NCBI RefSeq assembly: GCF_036365525.1
Contig: NC_090401.1
Coordinates: 61,266,868 to 61,330,867, forward strand
Source of the DNA: Heterodontus francisci
Taxonomy: Eukaryota
Length of the DNA stretch: 64,000 nt
Reading direction: 5' to 3'
Each line of letters opens with the position of its first letter. Within the stretch, counting starts at the first letter, position 1. Positions 1 through 13,154 of this stretch are shown here, piece after piece. A program made the translations under genes and the position numbers. Under the pieces are notes generated by a model. The model was not told the DNA's origin. It ran no database searches and was given only the letters and a program-made list of their open reading frames with translations.

Positions 1-2990
1 AAATCACCCTGAAGCCTCTCTGCAACCTCCTCACAACTCATCCTCCCACCCAGTTTTGAGTCATCTGCAAATTTGGAGATATTACATTTAGTTCCCTCAT
101 CTAAATCATTAATATATCTGGTGAATAGCTGGGGTCCTAGCACCGATCCCTGCGGTACCCCACTCGTCACTGCCTGCCATTTGAAAAAAGACCCATTTAT
201 CCCTACTGTTTGTTTCCTGTCTGCCAACCAATTTTCTATCCATCGCAATACACTACCCCCAATCCCATGCGCTTTAATTTTACATGCTAATCTCTTATGT
301 GGGCCTTTGTCGAAAGCCTTCTGAAGTCCAAATAAACCACATCCACTGACTCTCCCTCATCAACTCTACTAGTTACATCCTCGAAGAATTCTAGTAAATT
401 TGTCAAGCATGATTTCGCTTTCGTAAATCCATGCTGACTCTGTCCGATTCTACCACTGCTCTCCAAGTGCTCTGCTATAAAATCTTTGATAATGGACTCT
501 AGAATTTTCCCCACTACCGATGTCAGATTGACTAGTCTATAATTCCCTGCTTTCTCTCTACCTCCATTTTTAAATAGTGGGGTTACATTAGCTACCTTCC
601 AATCTGTAGGAACTGTTCCAGGGTCTATAGAATCTTGGAAGATGACCACCAATGCATCCACTATTTCTAAGGCCACTTCCTTAAGTACTCTGGGATGCAG
701 ACCATCAGGCCCTGGGAATTTATCGGCCTTCAATCCCATCAATTTCCCCAACACCATTTCTCTACTCATTCTGATTTCCTTCAGTTCCTCTCTCTCACTA
801 AACCCTGTGTTCCCCAACATTTCTGGTATGATATTTGTATCCTCCTTTGTGAAGACAGAACCAAAGTATACATTTAGTTGGTCAGTCATTTCTTTGTTCC
901 CCATAATAAATTCCCCTGTTTCTGACTGTAAGGGACCTACATTTGTCTTCACCAATCTTTTTCTCTTCACATACCTATAGAAACTTTTACGGTCAGTTTT
1001 TATGTTCCCCGCAAGCTTGCTCTCGTACTCTATTTTCCCCTTCTTAATCAATCCCTTGGTCCCCCTTTGCTGAATTCTAAATTGCTCCCAATTCTCAGGT
1101 CTGTTGTTTTTTCTGGCGAATTTATATGCCTCTTCCTTGGATCGAATGCTATCTCTAATTTCCCTTGTAAGCCATGGTTTGGCTAGCTTCCCTGTTTTAC
1201 TTTTGTGCCAGACAGGAATAAACAATTGCTGCAGTTCATCAATGCGCTCTTTGAATGTTTGCCATTGCTTTTCCACCATCATCCTTTAAAGTAACGTTTC
1301 CCAATCTATCATAGCCAACTCGCGCCTTATACATTCGTAGTTTCCTTTACTAAGAATCAGGACCCTAGTCTCAGAATCAGCTACGTCACTCTCTATCTTG
1401 ATGAAGAATTCTATCATATTATGGTCGCTCATCCCCAAGGGGTCTTGCACCACTAGATTGTCAATTATTCCTCTCTCATTACACAATACCCAGTCTAGGA
1501 TGGCCTGTTCTCTGGTTGGTTCCTCAACGTATTGGTCTAGAAAACCATCCTGTATACACTCCATGTATTCCTCCTCTCTGGTATTGTGACTAATTTGATT
1601 TGCCCAATCTATATGCAGATTAAATTCACCCATTATTGCAGATGTTCCTTTATCGCATGCATCTCTAATTTCCTGTTTAATGCCGTTCCCAACATCACCA
1701 CTACAGTTTGGGGGGGGTCTATATACAACCCCCACTAACATTTTTTGCCCCTTAGTGTTTCTCAGCTCTACCCATACAGATTCCACATCGTCAGAGCTAA
1801 TATCTTTCCTCACTATTGCGTTAATTTCCTCTTTAACCAGCAATGCAACTCCACTGCCTTTTGCTTTTTTTCTGTCCTTCCTAAATACTGAATACCCCTG
1901 GATGTTCATTTCCCATCCCTGGTCACCTTGCAGCCAGGTCTCCGTAATCCCAACTATATCATACCCGTTTACATCTATTTGCGCGATTAATTCATCCACT
2001 TTATTGCGAATGCTCCGCGTGTTATCCTGAGATCACTACCTTTGAGGTCCTACTTTTCAACTTACTTCCTAACTCCCTATATTCTGCTTTTAGGACCTCA
2101 TCCTTTTTTTTACCTATGTCGTTTGTACCAATGTGTACCATGAACATTGGCTGTTCACCCTCCCCCTTCAGAATGTCCTGTAACCGCTCTGAGACATTCT
2201 TGACCCTAGCACCAGGGAGGCAAAACACACCATCCTGGAGTAAAAGCAAAATACTGCAGATGCTGGAAATCTGAAATAAAAACAAGAAATGCTGGAAATA
2301 CTCAGCAGGTCTGGCAGCATCTGTGGAGAGGGAAGCAGAGTTAACGTTTCAGGTCAGTGACCCTTCTTTAGTACCCCAAGTTCTAAAAAAGGGTCACTGA
2401 CCTGAAACATTAACTCTGCTTCTCTCTGGACAGATACTGCCAGACCTGCTGAGTATTTCCAGCATTTCTTGTGTTTATACCATCCTGGAGTCTCTTTTGC
2501 GGCCAAAGAAATGCCTATCTTTTCCCCTTACAATTGAATCCCCTATAACTATTGCATTCCTACACTTTTTACTCCTCCCCTGTGCAGCAAAGCCAACCGT
2601 GGTGCAACGAATTGGGCTGTTGCTGCTTTCCCCTGAGAGGCCGTTCCCCCCCAACAGTATCCAAAGCAGTATATCTGTTTTGCAGGGGAATAGCCACAGG
2701 AGATTCCTGCACTGCCTGCCTAGTCCTCTTGCTCTGCTTGGTGGTCACTCATTCCCTTCCTGCCTGTGGGGTCTGAGCCTGCGGTGTGACCACCTCTATA
2801 CGTGCTATCCATGATACTTACCGCCTCGCGGATGCTCCACAGTGTCCCCAGCTGCCGCTGCAGCTCCGAAACCTGGGCTTCCAGGAGCTGCAGTTGGAGA
2901 CGCTTCCTGCGCACATACTGGTCCCGGGCACTGGAATTGTTCCCAGCTTCCCACATAGAGCACGAGGAGCACACCACGAGGAGCATACCA
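1..2990 (-). mobile_element. CR1 LINE, degraded and internally deleted (ORF1 zinc finger/esterase, ORF2 APE endonuclease and RT), running off the left edge
   Basis: ORF 1286-1999 has APE motifs (GITETW, GVVYRPP, SDHNMI). ORF 287-1282 has CR1 RT motifs (PGPDGLHP, NYRLVNLTS, QHGF, YLDF). ORF1 pieces: CLPGARV/HIGTND at 2022-2240 and CSSCSMWE at 2720-2986. Confidence 0.92.
2242..2478. mobile_element. Palindromic (fold-back) Penelope-like non-autonomous element inserted in CR1 ORF1
   Basis: Long inverted arms (gaaatgctggaaatactcagcaggtctggcag...ctgccagacctgctgagtatttccagcatttc). 13-bp TSD ACCATCCTGGAGT at 2229-2241 and 2479-2491. Confidence 0.75.
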
Positions 2991-3125
2991 ATGCTTTTTG
3001 TTAGAAGGTTATATATAGATTTTTTGAAAGTCTTTGAAAAACTGATATTTCAGTTTAAAACAAAAGAAATTACACTATGTGGAATGCAGGATATTATCTA
3101 ATTCGAATCTTATACTCCTAGAAAA

Positions 3126-3337
3126 AGAACTTTGACCTTGAAAGAAAAGTGAGCAATTTAAATGGCATTGAATGTATAATAATGAACGTTAGGTTACCTA
3201 CATCGAGAACAATTTTTTTGTTTGCTCACGACAGGCTCACCTCTGAGTTATTACTTTTCAGTTAATGATTAGACCAGTTATGCAGCCAAATTATTAACAA
3301 ATCTGAATCTACCAATATGTACTCTCTAATATAAATA
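3126..3337 (+). promoter_or_regulatory. Liver-type proximal promoter of fabp10
   Basis: DR1 (HNF4/PPAR-type) AGAACTTTGACCT at 3126-3138, HNF1-like GTTAATGATTAGA at 3261-3273, second HNF1-like CCAAATTATTAAC at 3286-3298, CCAAT at 3312-3316, TATAAATA at 3330-3337 about 90 bp before the ATG. Confidence 0.75.
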
Positions 3338-3419
3338 CTGGTCAAAAAAAGCCAGACACTACTTTAATAAACCTTTTCCCTCATCGCCTGCAGCCAAGTC
3401 GAAAGTTGCAGCTGGAAAA

Positions 3420-3486
3420 ATGGCATTCTCTGGAACATGGCGGGTCTACTCTCAAGAAAACATTGAAGATTTTATGCGAGCTCTCT
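3420..3486 (+). CDS. fabp10: Liver basic fatty acid/bile acid binding protein, exon 1 (MAFSGTWRVYSQENIEDFMRAL)
   Basis: Typical FABP10 N-terminus. 67-bp coding exon followed by GTAAGT, the canonical FABP exon 1 size and phase. Confidence 0.95.
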
Positions 3487-3929
3487 GTAAGTTAGAGTAA
3501 CAACTGTGAGTAATGACGAAACAACAGGGCCACAATTGGTGATCTGGTCCCAAGTTGCGTTCAAAATTGTGCTAGTTTCCTGAAGTGTTTTTTTTTGCAT
3601 ATTGCCAAACATAAAATCAACGTAATTGGGCAAACTATTAGAAAGTAATTTTTTTTTAAAATGCCTTTAAAAATATTCCTTGATGTATTTAAGAGTGGTA
3701 ACCAGGTGCAGTTTTATTAACGTAGCTGAAAATGGGTTTATCAGCAAGAATAAGCATTTTTAATAATAGTTTCCAATCCACCGCCTCGAAGTAACCCAAT
3801 TTTAAACTCTGAAAATGACTTTAAAAAACTATACAGAATTTTTTACCAGTCACATTGGTGTACAGTAGTCAGTTTCTTAGTTAGTTAAACAAATAAAAGC
3901 TTTTAATATTTAAAGGTGCCTATTCATTT

Positions 3930-6824
3930 CCTTCTGGGTCCTGGCTCTGCGCATGTGGCGCAATTTTTAATCAGCAGGAGCTTAATTAACCTGGAATCCC
4001 ATTCACTGCCCAATTAGCAAAGATGGACATGGGAAGGAGGGGGGACTAAGGCTGCAACGGGCCCGATTTAAAGGGGTGGGCCACAGGCATTGCTGAGGCT
4101 GCCGTTCGTCCAAAAAATGGAAACACAATCTGAGCAGAAGGCAGTGGGCAGGGTGGGCTCCCAGGATGGGCAGACCACTCCCCCACCCCTCAACATGATC
4201 CCATTTTGCTGTTGACTCACTGGAGATGCTGCTGGAGGCGGTGACTGTGCACAGAAGCATTCTCTTCCCTGCCAGCAGCAACAGAAGGCTGGCAAGACTC
4301 ACCAAGAGGGTAAGGCTGGACATGGAAGCAGCAGAGGAGTGGTGAGGAAGAACTGGGTGCAGTGCCAGAAACACTTCAATGACCTGCTTACATCTGGCAA
4401 GGTAAGTGCCAAGAGAGTCCCAGATGGTATGCCTCCTGGTCAGCAGTCACCAGAGTGCAAAAGAGAGGGGGATTCTGAGGGTGAATAGAGTTCTCCTCAC
4501 CATGTGAGAGGAGTGTGCTCAGATGCCTGGCTGATCCATAGATATAGGTCAGAACCCTAGTGCCGCTGGTCAGGAGGCTGGAGTGCAGATGGTAATATCG
4601 CCTGCGAATGAGAAGCTGCAATTGGAGATGGATGGAGGGCGGGATTGTCCAAACAGCATCATTCTTCATTTTGCAGGCCAAAAGGGAGTTGAACACTCGG
4701 GAGAACGAGAGGGCATGCCTGGACAGTGGGGTGTCTCCCCTCGCGGTACTGGCACAATTCAAGGAGCAGGCCCTTGATGCGGCCAGAGTGTCTAGCCACA
4801 GGGACACTAGGGAGGGAGAAGCAGGAGTCTGCCGCAGACTGAGTGAAAAGATCTCAACATCTCCATGTTCAGGAGATGCATGGCAATGCTCCCGGTGCCA
4901 CTAGGTGTCAATGCATAAGCTGAAATCTCATTACTTTAAGCAACAGAAGCATCTGTTAACTGTCCTGATCTCTCATTACCATCTTCTCCAATGTCTCTCA
5001 CAGGGCCAGCTTCAGAGCAGCAGGAGTTTACGCCCAGAAAACAAGTTCCTGTGGAGTCAGAGGAGGAAGAGACCTCGGAGTCTGCACCATCACATCTTAC
5101 CATTGCACTTTCCACCAGCGCAGACACTAACACCTCGGTGGGTCCTCAAGTGTTATTAGAGAAGTTGGCACAGGATGAAGCAGATGTCACTTCAGAGCAG
5201 GAGGATTGGGGAGAGGCAGAGTCAGCTATTGACAGTCCCCCATGGACAATCGAAAACAGGCGGAGCCCTGCTCCGTATTGCCTCAGGATTCACAAAGGGG
5301 CCGGCTCTACCTGGAGAACCACTGCGTGATGTGCCCACATGTCTGAGACTCTGCGGAGCTATGGGCTGAGAATGGAGGAGTCCATTCATCTCATGTGCTT
5401 CACAATGTCTCAGTGCTTTGAGCACATGAGCTCCTCCCTTGAATGAGAGACCAACCTCTTGGAGAGCCATATGCAGCATAAGGCAGAATGGATGCAGGAA
5501 CAGTGTACTGACATGCACAGGATGCATGCTGCAGACAGAAGCATTGACCAGTCAGTGGCACTAATGGCACAGAGAAGCATGGAGTGGATGCCAGCTGCAC
5601 CCCCAGCTGGTGGTCACCTCCAGTGATCAATGGTGCCATGGAAGTGTTGAGAAGACAACAGATTGTGATGAGGGGGCACCCCTCATGGGGCTCCGTCATC
5701 ATCCTCTTCCCCCATGGCCGCTCTGACAGATGAAGCATCTATAGAGTCACACCCTGTGACAGAGGCTGCCCCTGCAGTGATGTCGCTGCAGCAGCCTTTG
5801 AAGGTGTCCCCCACCACACCTCCATGATGAAGACATCCACCATGGGCATCTCAGTCCCAGACAGGCACAAGTGAACAGACTACCTCTACCTCATCTTCAA
5901 CCATAGGGGGAGAACATCATAGGAGTGGCCATCATCGGAGGCCACCATGTCAGTAGTGTCACTCTGTGGGTCACTTGGGTGTTTATGATGTAAATAATAG
6001 TTAACTGTTAAGCAATACATTGCTGGGAAATTTGTAAATTGAAGGCTGACTTGTGCATTTCCATTTCATGTTGGTGAAATGCAGGAGAATGGGCAGTGAA
6101 AGTTAGCAGAGTAATGGAATGTGCTTGTGAAGATTATGTTAGGTGCAGACTCTGGAGCCTTCCTGCCCCTCCTTCCTTGCCCCTTTGCCCCTACTGCCCA
6201 GGGGTCTGCCTCTGCTCCAGCAGATGCTGCTCCTCATCACTGGGCAGACCAAGCTCGGAGAAGTTTGATTCCATTTCCTCTATGCCCTTCCTTCATTGGC
6301 ATTGGACTGTGGAATCTTCCTGAAACCCCCCACCCCCACGTCCCCCCCTGCATCCCAATGCCACCACTCCCATCAACCTCCCCAACTGTCTCAAAAAGCC
6401 CTTGTCATGAGTGCAGATATGTTGGAATTTCTCCTCATTGAGCACAGCTGTTTGCCTACCAGTGATGGCTATCTCTCAGCCTTCTCCTTCTATGCTGCCC
6501 CTTGTCTCTGTCCCATCATTCAAGATCACTCCCCACCAGGCCACCACCTCCTCCTCTCTGTCGTGCTTTGGACGGTGCATCAAAACTGCCCCTTCAAATC
6601 AAAATCCAAATTTTTCCCTTAAACAAGCTGCCAACAAGCCCATTGATCTGCTTAATTGGCCAATTACACAAAGTGGGCGGTGCCTCTTCCAGCTCCCATC
6701 GGCATCATTCAAAATCTGAGTGGGCTGGTTTTGCGTTGGGAAAGCTGCACACCGACCTGAGGGGTGGGTTTAAGTGACTGCCCAGCCCCATTCCCAACCT
6801 CATTGATGATTTGAAATCCTGCCC
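3930..6824 (+). mobile_element. PIF/Harbinger transposon remnant with a spliced Myb/SANT-like gene (pseudogenised), in fabp10 intron 1
   Basis: About 4200-4400 reads HFAVDSLEMLLEAVTVHRSILFP...RKNWVQCQKHFNDLLTSGK then GTAAGT. Next exon after ttttgcag (4677) reads AKRELNTRENER; third exon after ctcacag (about 5004). TIR-like gatttgaaatcctgccc ends near 6824. Left boundary is uncertain. Confidence 0.65.
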
Positions 6825-7906
6825 AATTAGTGGAACCATGGTAATTAATTCCATCTGGGGGCGTGTCAATTTTGTGGACTGGGCTAACTTCTAGTGCTGT
6901 GCTTTTAAAAGTAGTGTGAAAGGTTGTGGAAACCTGATTGGAGCTGAATGTAGTTTGCGCTTGAAATTCCTCAATCTTTTGCATTGCTTTTGGCCAAATT
7001 GCAAAGGATCTAGCGGAAACTCCAGGCCTGGATTTCAGAATATTTGTGTCATTGCTTGCAAGTTCCACTTTTGAGTTACTGTTGCCAGAATGAAAATTGT
7101 TGGGCATGTCAGAAGCTCAGAGAATTGTCTCCCTGACTGTTAATATTTAATCATAGACAGTGGGGCAGCTACTGCTCTATGATAAGCCTCAGAGTCACTG
7201 GGAGAGGATAATTGACTGGAGTTCTTGCTCCTCATCATGTGTTTGTGGCCCCTACTGGAAAGTATGCATGAGTAGTTATCAGAAGCATTGGGGCAATTCT
7301 CACTATCCACATTTACTTTCTAAGCTCCCTGATCCTGGCAGCAGAATCATAAACCCAGAAAAAACTGAGTTTCTTTCCTGGATTTTTAACAATCAGTGGG
7401 TTCAGGTATTATAGGCCACATGGGGCAGAATGAAACCAGGCCGATATTAATGGCCGGATCTCCTTGAAATTCCACAAGCTGCTTTCCCGCCAATTCCAGG
7501 CAAGAAACAACAGAAAGTTATGTTACCCCAACAGCATGTAAGTGGAGAGATCGGTTGTCAGGACATCCTGACATCCCCCAGAGGGCGGGATGTGATTCTG
7601 GCGGAGGCACCTAAGCTTTTATTGGGATCCTCCTGGCCCCACAAGGAAAGTAAGAAAATACTTAAAAATGTACATTTTTGGGCTTCTACTGGCCCCGATC
7701 ATCCTCAATGCTGGGTCAGCCTGACAGGAAACTCACTGCCACTTCCCCTGAATGCCGCCCAGTGATAATATCATTGATAACCCATCATGCTTGTTAGAAT
7801 GGACCAGGGAAAATGGGAAACTGGCAGCTTCTGGCAGCATCAAGCTGGGTAAATGGATGATTTTAACTGGCCACCTGCCTGTTTCCACATGAGTCTATTG
7901 TCAGTG

Positions 7907-9668
7907 TACGAACATACGAACGTATGAATTAGGAGCAGGAGTAGGCCACTCGGCCCCTTGAGTCTGCTCCACCATTCAATAAGTTGATGGCTGAACTGAT
8001 TACTCCACATTTCCACCTACCCCCCATAACCTTTCACCCCCTTGCTTATCAAGAATCTATCTACCTCTGCCTTAAACATATTCAAGACTCTGCTTCCACC
8101 GCCTTTTGAGGAAGAGAATTCCAAAGATTCACGACCTTCTGAGAGAAATAAATTCTCCTCATCTCTATCTTAAATGGGCGACCCCTTATTTTTAAACAGT
8201 GACCCCTAGTTCTAGATTCTCCCACAAGGGGAAACATCCTTTCCACATCCACCCTGTCAAGATCCCTCAGGATCTTATATGTTTCAATCAAGTCGCCTCT
8301 TACGCTTCCAAATTCCAGTGGGTACAAGCCTAGCCTGTCCAATTTTTCCTTGTAAGACAGCCCATCCATTCCAGGTATCAGTCTAGTAAACCTTCTCTAT
8401 CCTGCCTCCAACGCATTTACATCCTTCCTTAAATAAGAAGACCAGTATTGTACACAGTACTCCAGATGTAATCTCACTAATGCCCTGTATAGCTGAAGCA
8501 TAACCTCCCTACTTTTGTATTCAATCCCCCTCACGATAAACGATAACATTCTATTAGCTTTCCTAATTGCGTGCTGTACCTGCCTATTAACCTTTTACGA
8601 TTCATGCTCTAGGACACCCAGATCCCTCTGCATCTCAATGCTCTGCAATCTCTCACCATTTAGATAATATGCCTCTTTGTGATTCTTCCTGCCAAAATGG
8701 ACAACTTCACTTTTTTCCCACATGATACTTCATCTGCCAGATTTTTGCCCACTTACTTAACCTATCTACATCCCTTTGTAGCCTCCTTATGTCCTCTTCA
8801 CAACCTACTTTCCTACCTATCTTTGTGTCATCAGCAAATTTAGCTCTCATACCTTTGGTCCGTTCATCTAAGTCATCATTATAAATTGTAAAAAGTTGAG
8901 GCCTCAGCACAGATCCCTGTGGCACACCACTCGTTACATCTTGCCAACCAGAAAATGATCCATTTATGCCTATTCTCTGCTTCCTGTTAGCTAGCCAATC
9001 TTCTATCCATGCCAATATGTTATCCCCTCACCATGAGCTTTTATTTTTTGCAATAACCTTTGATGTGGCACCTTATCAAATTCCTTCTGGAAATCTAAGT
9101 ACAATACATTCCCCTTCATCCACAGCACATGTAATTCCCTCAAAGAACTCCAATAAATTGGTTAAACATGATTTCCCTTTAACAAAACCATGTTGACTCT
9201 GCCTGATTACCTTGAATTTTTCTAAGTGCCCTTCTAGAACGTCTTTAACACTAGCTTCTAACATTTTCCCTAAGACAGATGTTCAGCTAACTGGCCTGTA
9301 GTTTCCTGCTTTCTGTCTCCCTCCCTGTTTGAATAAAGGAGTTACATTTGCTATTTTCCAGTCTAGCGGAACCTTCCCTGAATCTTGAGAATTTTGGAAA
9401 ATAAATCTACGCATCAACTATCTCACCAGCCACTTCTTTTAAGACCCGAGGATGAAGTCCATCAGGACCCGGGGACTTGTCAGCCCACAGCTCCAACACT
9501 TTGTTCAGTAACACTTCCCTGGTGATTGTAATTTTTTTGAGTTCCTCCCTTCCTTCCATTTCCTGACTTACAACAAATTCTGGGAGGTTACTTGTATCGT
9601 CTATAATGAAAACCGATGCAAAATACCTGTTCAATTCATGTGCCATCTCCTTATTATCCATTAATTCC
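7907..9668 (-). mobile_element. CR1 LINE 3' portion (RT to 3' tail)
   Basis: ORF fragments with PGPDGLHP, QHGFVKGKSCLTN, GVPQGSVL, KFADDTK and LWNSLP. Short tandem-repeat tail near 7907-7930. Confidence 0.92.
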
Positions 9669-10227
9669 CCAGCCAGAGAACCAGATTCAGCAGAGTTAAC
9701 AGTAGCAGCTGTCTCAGTGGAAACTGAATGAAAACAAGGCTGGTATAAAAGCTGATTTTTGGCACGAAACTTGTGTTATTGCCGCCAGCTCCCAACTCAT
9801 GTACTTCATACAGCAAGCAACAATCCTCGAGTAAACTAGTCGGATTCACTAAGGCTGATAGCTGGGAAGACTAAAGAGGATCGTCAACCTCAGTCTCCAA
9901 ACCACTGATGCACTTGCCTAAAGCCGTTCTTAAGATTTTAAGCTCACATATTTATAGCACATCAGAGGTGAGCAGTTTGCAATCTGCCTCAGTGTGAATA
10001 AATGGGGCACAAGCTTCCTTTAGTTTAAATTTGAAGTTCATAATCTCTTTCCAATGATAATATGGAAAGACATCTAGGCTTACATTAAGGCACAAAAACA
10101 TTGTCATTGAGCTAGAAGTTGGAAGTTTATTCAGTCCAGCCAGACTTAATTGCAATGGCATCAGATGTGCTTGGTTCAAACTGACTGACACTACGTGCAT
10201 ATATACATGTATATGCATTGCATCTGT

Positions 10228-10920
10228 TTTTTTTATTTGCTCAAGGGGTGTGGCCATCGCTGGAAAGGCCAGCATTTATTGCCCATCCCTAATTTTCCTT
10301 GAGAAGATGGTGGTGAGCTGCTTCCTTGAACCGCTGCAGTTCATGTGGTGAAGGTACACCTACAGTGCTGTTAGCAAGGGAGTTCCAGGACTTTGACCCA
10401 ATGATAATGCCGGAACAATGACATATTTCCAAATCAGGATGCTGTGTGACTTGGAGGGGAACTTGCAAGTGGTGGTGTTTGTTACGTATTCACTGGTTTG
10501 CTGGATATTTTATATATCTGATTTATCTCAAAGTAATGCAGAGATGGCACTCGTTCTAAATCAACAACAGGTTTATTTACAGTACTTTAAAATATCTCAG
10601 CACTTACAAGATTTCTACACATTGTCTCTACTAGAACTCAGGTCTCTTTATACCAGAACTTTCTTGTATAGTTTCAGTTCCTTAACTTTTAAGCTTCACC
10701 CACAGACTTAAGCAATTAAGCACAGTGAACATTGATGAGTAAACAGATGAACACAATCAAGCACAGATCAATTAAACCATTGAACAGTACCGTGTTCCCA
10801 GGCATCTGCTTCCCTTGTTCTTCTAGGTGGTAGCGTCATGGGCTTGGAAGGTGCTGTTGAAGAAGCCTTGGTGAGTTGCTGCAGTGCATCTTGTAGTTGG
10901 TACACACTGCAGTCATGGTA
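10228..10920 (-). mobile_element. CR1/L2-group LINE 3' fragment, interrupted by an about 310-bp insertion (10480-10790)
   Basis: Same family as 17287-17800, 35455-35978 and 63620-64000 (gtgacttggaggggaacttgca...gtgttccca). The halves rejoin across the insertion. Confidence 0.7.
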
Positions 10921-10947
10921 TTGTACGTATTGTGTGTTGTATATTTG

Positions 10948-11225
10948 TGCCAGCGATCGCCAGAGCTGGCGGGCAGCCATAAAGGCGGGGCTAAAGTGTG
11001 GCGAGTCGAAGAGACTTAGCAGTTGGCAGGAAAAAAGACAGAAGCGCAAGGAGAGAGCCAACTGCGAAACAGCCCTGACAACCAATTTTACCTGCAGCAC
11101 CTGTGGAAGAGTCTGTCACTCTAGTATTGGCCTTTATAGCCACTCCAGGCGCTGCTCCACAAATCACTGACCACCTCCAGGCAGTTACCCATTGTCTCCC
11201 AAGACAAGGAGGCCAAAGAAGAAGA
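10948..11225 (+). mobile_element. RTE-clade LINE 3' end
   Basis: Encodes ASDRQSWRAAI...FTCSTCGRVCHSSIGLYSHSRRC (RTE C-terminal zinc finger) with a (GAA)n tail. Close copies at 45911-46160 and 50528-50748. Confidence 0.85.
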
Positions 11226-11882
11226 TTTATGTATGTTGACGATCAATATTACCAACAAACTCAATGATTGACAAGATCCTCGGTTGCACCGGCACAATTC
11301 ATTTCTGACACTATAAGAATATAAATTGGCCCTACTGAAGCTTTATTTTTCCAAAGGATTTTCACAACTCACAAGCTAGAATGAGTATTGAATACTTGAA
11401 CAGTTTAAATATCCGTAGGTAATTTGGCATTCTTGTGTCTGTCCTGATGAGTGCAATATGAAAAGCTTTGATAGCATGTCTCTTTTTTTCAGTAATACCA
11501 TAGGTAATTTTTGGGGAACTGTTCTTTCATATCTGTATACACCCATAAATGTACACATAGATTTTAATTTTTCTTAGAGTTACAATCCATGTCCTTCATT
11601 CTTACTGTACAACTTAACATCCAGCACTGTAGTTGATCCTGGGAGACATTAACTTTCTCCATTTATCAGCCAATGTTCTTAAAATTGATGGTTCCTCTCC
11701 ATTAATTTGTCCTAATAGACTTTTATATATTAAAATTAAGAAAGACAATAGGTGGGTTATTTAATCAATATGGGGGGATGAGTCGGTGTGGGGAATTGGA
11801 GTCCTCATCCACCCCAGTGCATATGCAGCAGGGGTAAATATGCTGAAGTCAACTTTAGCACTCTTAACAGCACCCAAGCAGA

Positions 11883-12385
11883 GATTAGGAACATTGAAAC
11901 AGCAAGAGGTCATTTAGCCCCTCGAGCCTCTCTGCCATTCAATGACATCATGGCTGAACTGTAGCCTAACTCCATATAACCACCATTGCCCTAGATCCCT
12001 TAATATCCCTGGTAACAGAAATCTAACAATCGCAGACTTTACAATTAACAATTAACCCAGCATCAACTACCATTTGTGGAAGAGAGTTCCAAATTTCTAC
12101 CACCCTTTGTGTGTACAAGTGTTTCCTAATTTTACTCCTGGAAGGCCTAGCTATAACTTTTAGACCATGTCCCCTACTCCTAGACTCCTCAACCAGTGGA
12201 AATAGTTTCTATCTACTCTCTCAGTTCCCCTTAACTTCTTGAAAACTTTGATCAGATAACTATTAACCTTCTAAATTCCAGGGAATAAGTTGTGTAATCC
12301 CTCTTTGTCAGTTAAGCCTTGGAGTTCAGTATCATTCGAGTAAATGTGCTTCCTCCAAGGTCAATAAATACTTCCTAACTAACAG
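11883..12385 (-). mobile_element. Old CR1 3' fragment
   Basis: Similar to the other CR1 3' ends (agagagttcca...ccctttg, gcccctcgagcct). Confidence 0.75.
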
Positions 12386-12392
12386 GAAACAG

Positions 12393-13153
12393 GGGCTGGA
12401 TTTTGTGCTGGCGGTGGGGCTCCCGGTGCCGGCCAAAAAGGCGGGGGGATTCCCCCACCCCCGCCCCGTGCGTTTTCTCGGCACTCCCGGAGCAATCCTC
12501 CAGTCTTTTTGTGTCAAGGTTTTGGGAGGCGGGATCCCCGTCCCTCGGGTCCCTGCCTCTAAGAGCTGCCAGCCAATCAGAGGGCTGGCAGCTCAGCAGT
12601 ATTGACAGCGCCACTGGGAGTGGTGGCCACTGCCGATACTGCAGAGGCCTCAGACCCAGGCCCAGCGCTGGAAACCCACAGAAGAGGTAGGCGAGCTGGG
12701 GTTGCCGGGGTGAGTCTGGAAGGTGCCAACGAGGGGGGTTGGTGGATGGTCTTGCAGTCCAGGGAGAAGGGGTTCCCGGTGGGGGGGGCCCTGAATTTGT
12801 TCAGTGGGGGTCCTTTGTTGCCACAAATTGCCTGTGGAGGATGGACCCCTCCACCCCCAGCAAGGCCCACAGGAAGGGCACCTCATTTTACAAGGCATCC
12901 TCCCCACGCAGCGGAGGACCCCTCCCAGCAGGAAGAGGTCCCTTATTGTCCTTTAATAGGCCACCTAAGGGCCTCAATTGGTTTCTGGGTGGGAAGGCCA
13001 TCGTTGGCCTATCCCATTCAAGGAAGATTGCTGGACGACGGGGAGGTGACGGACCCTCCACCTCACCGCCCCCCGCCACCTGTCACAATTCTCTGTTCCC
13101 CGCCACCCGCCCCGCCTCCAATCCCACCTTGGGGAGCCTGTAAACTCCAGCCC
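12393..13153. mobile_element. GC-rich non-autonomous Harbinger-like element (MITE)
   Basis: Termini GGGCTGGATTTT...AAACTCCAGCCC. Internal motif cagcgccactgggag-ggtggccactgc is shared with 39480-40261. Confidence 0.7.
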
Positions 13154-13154
13154 A

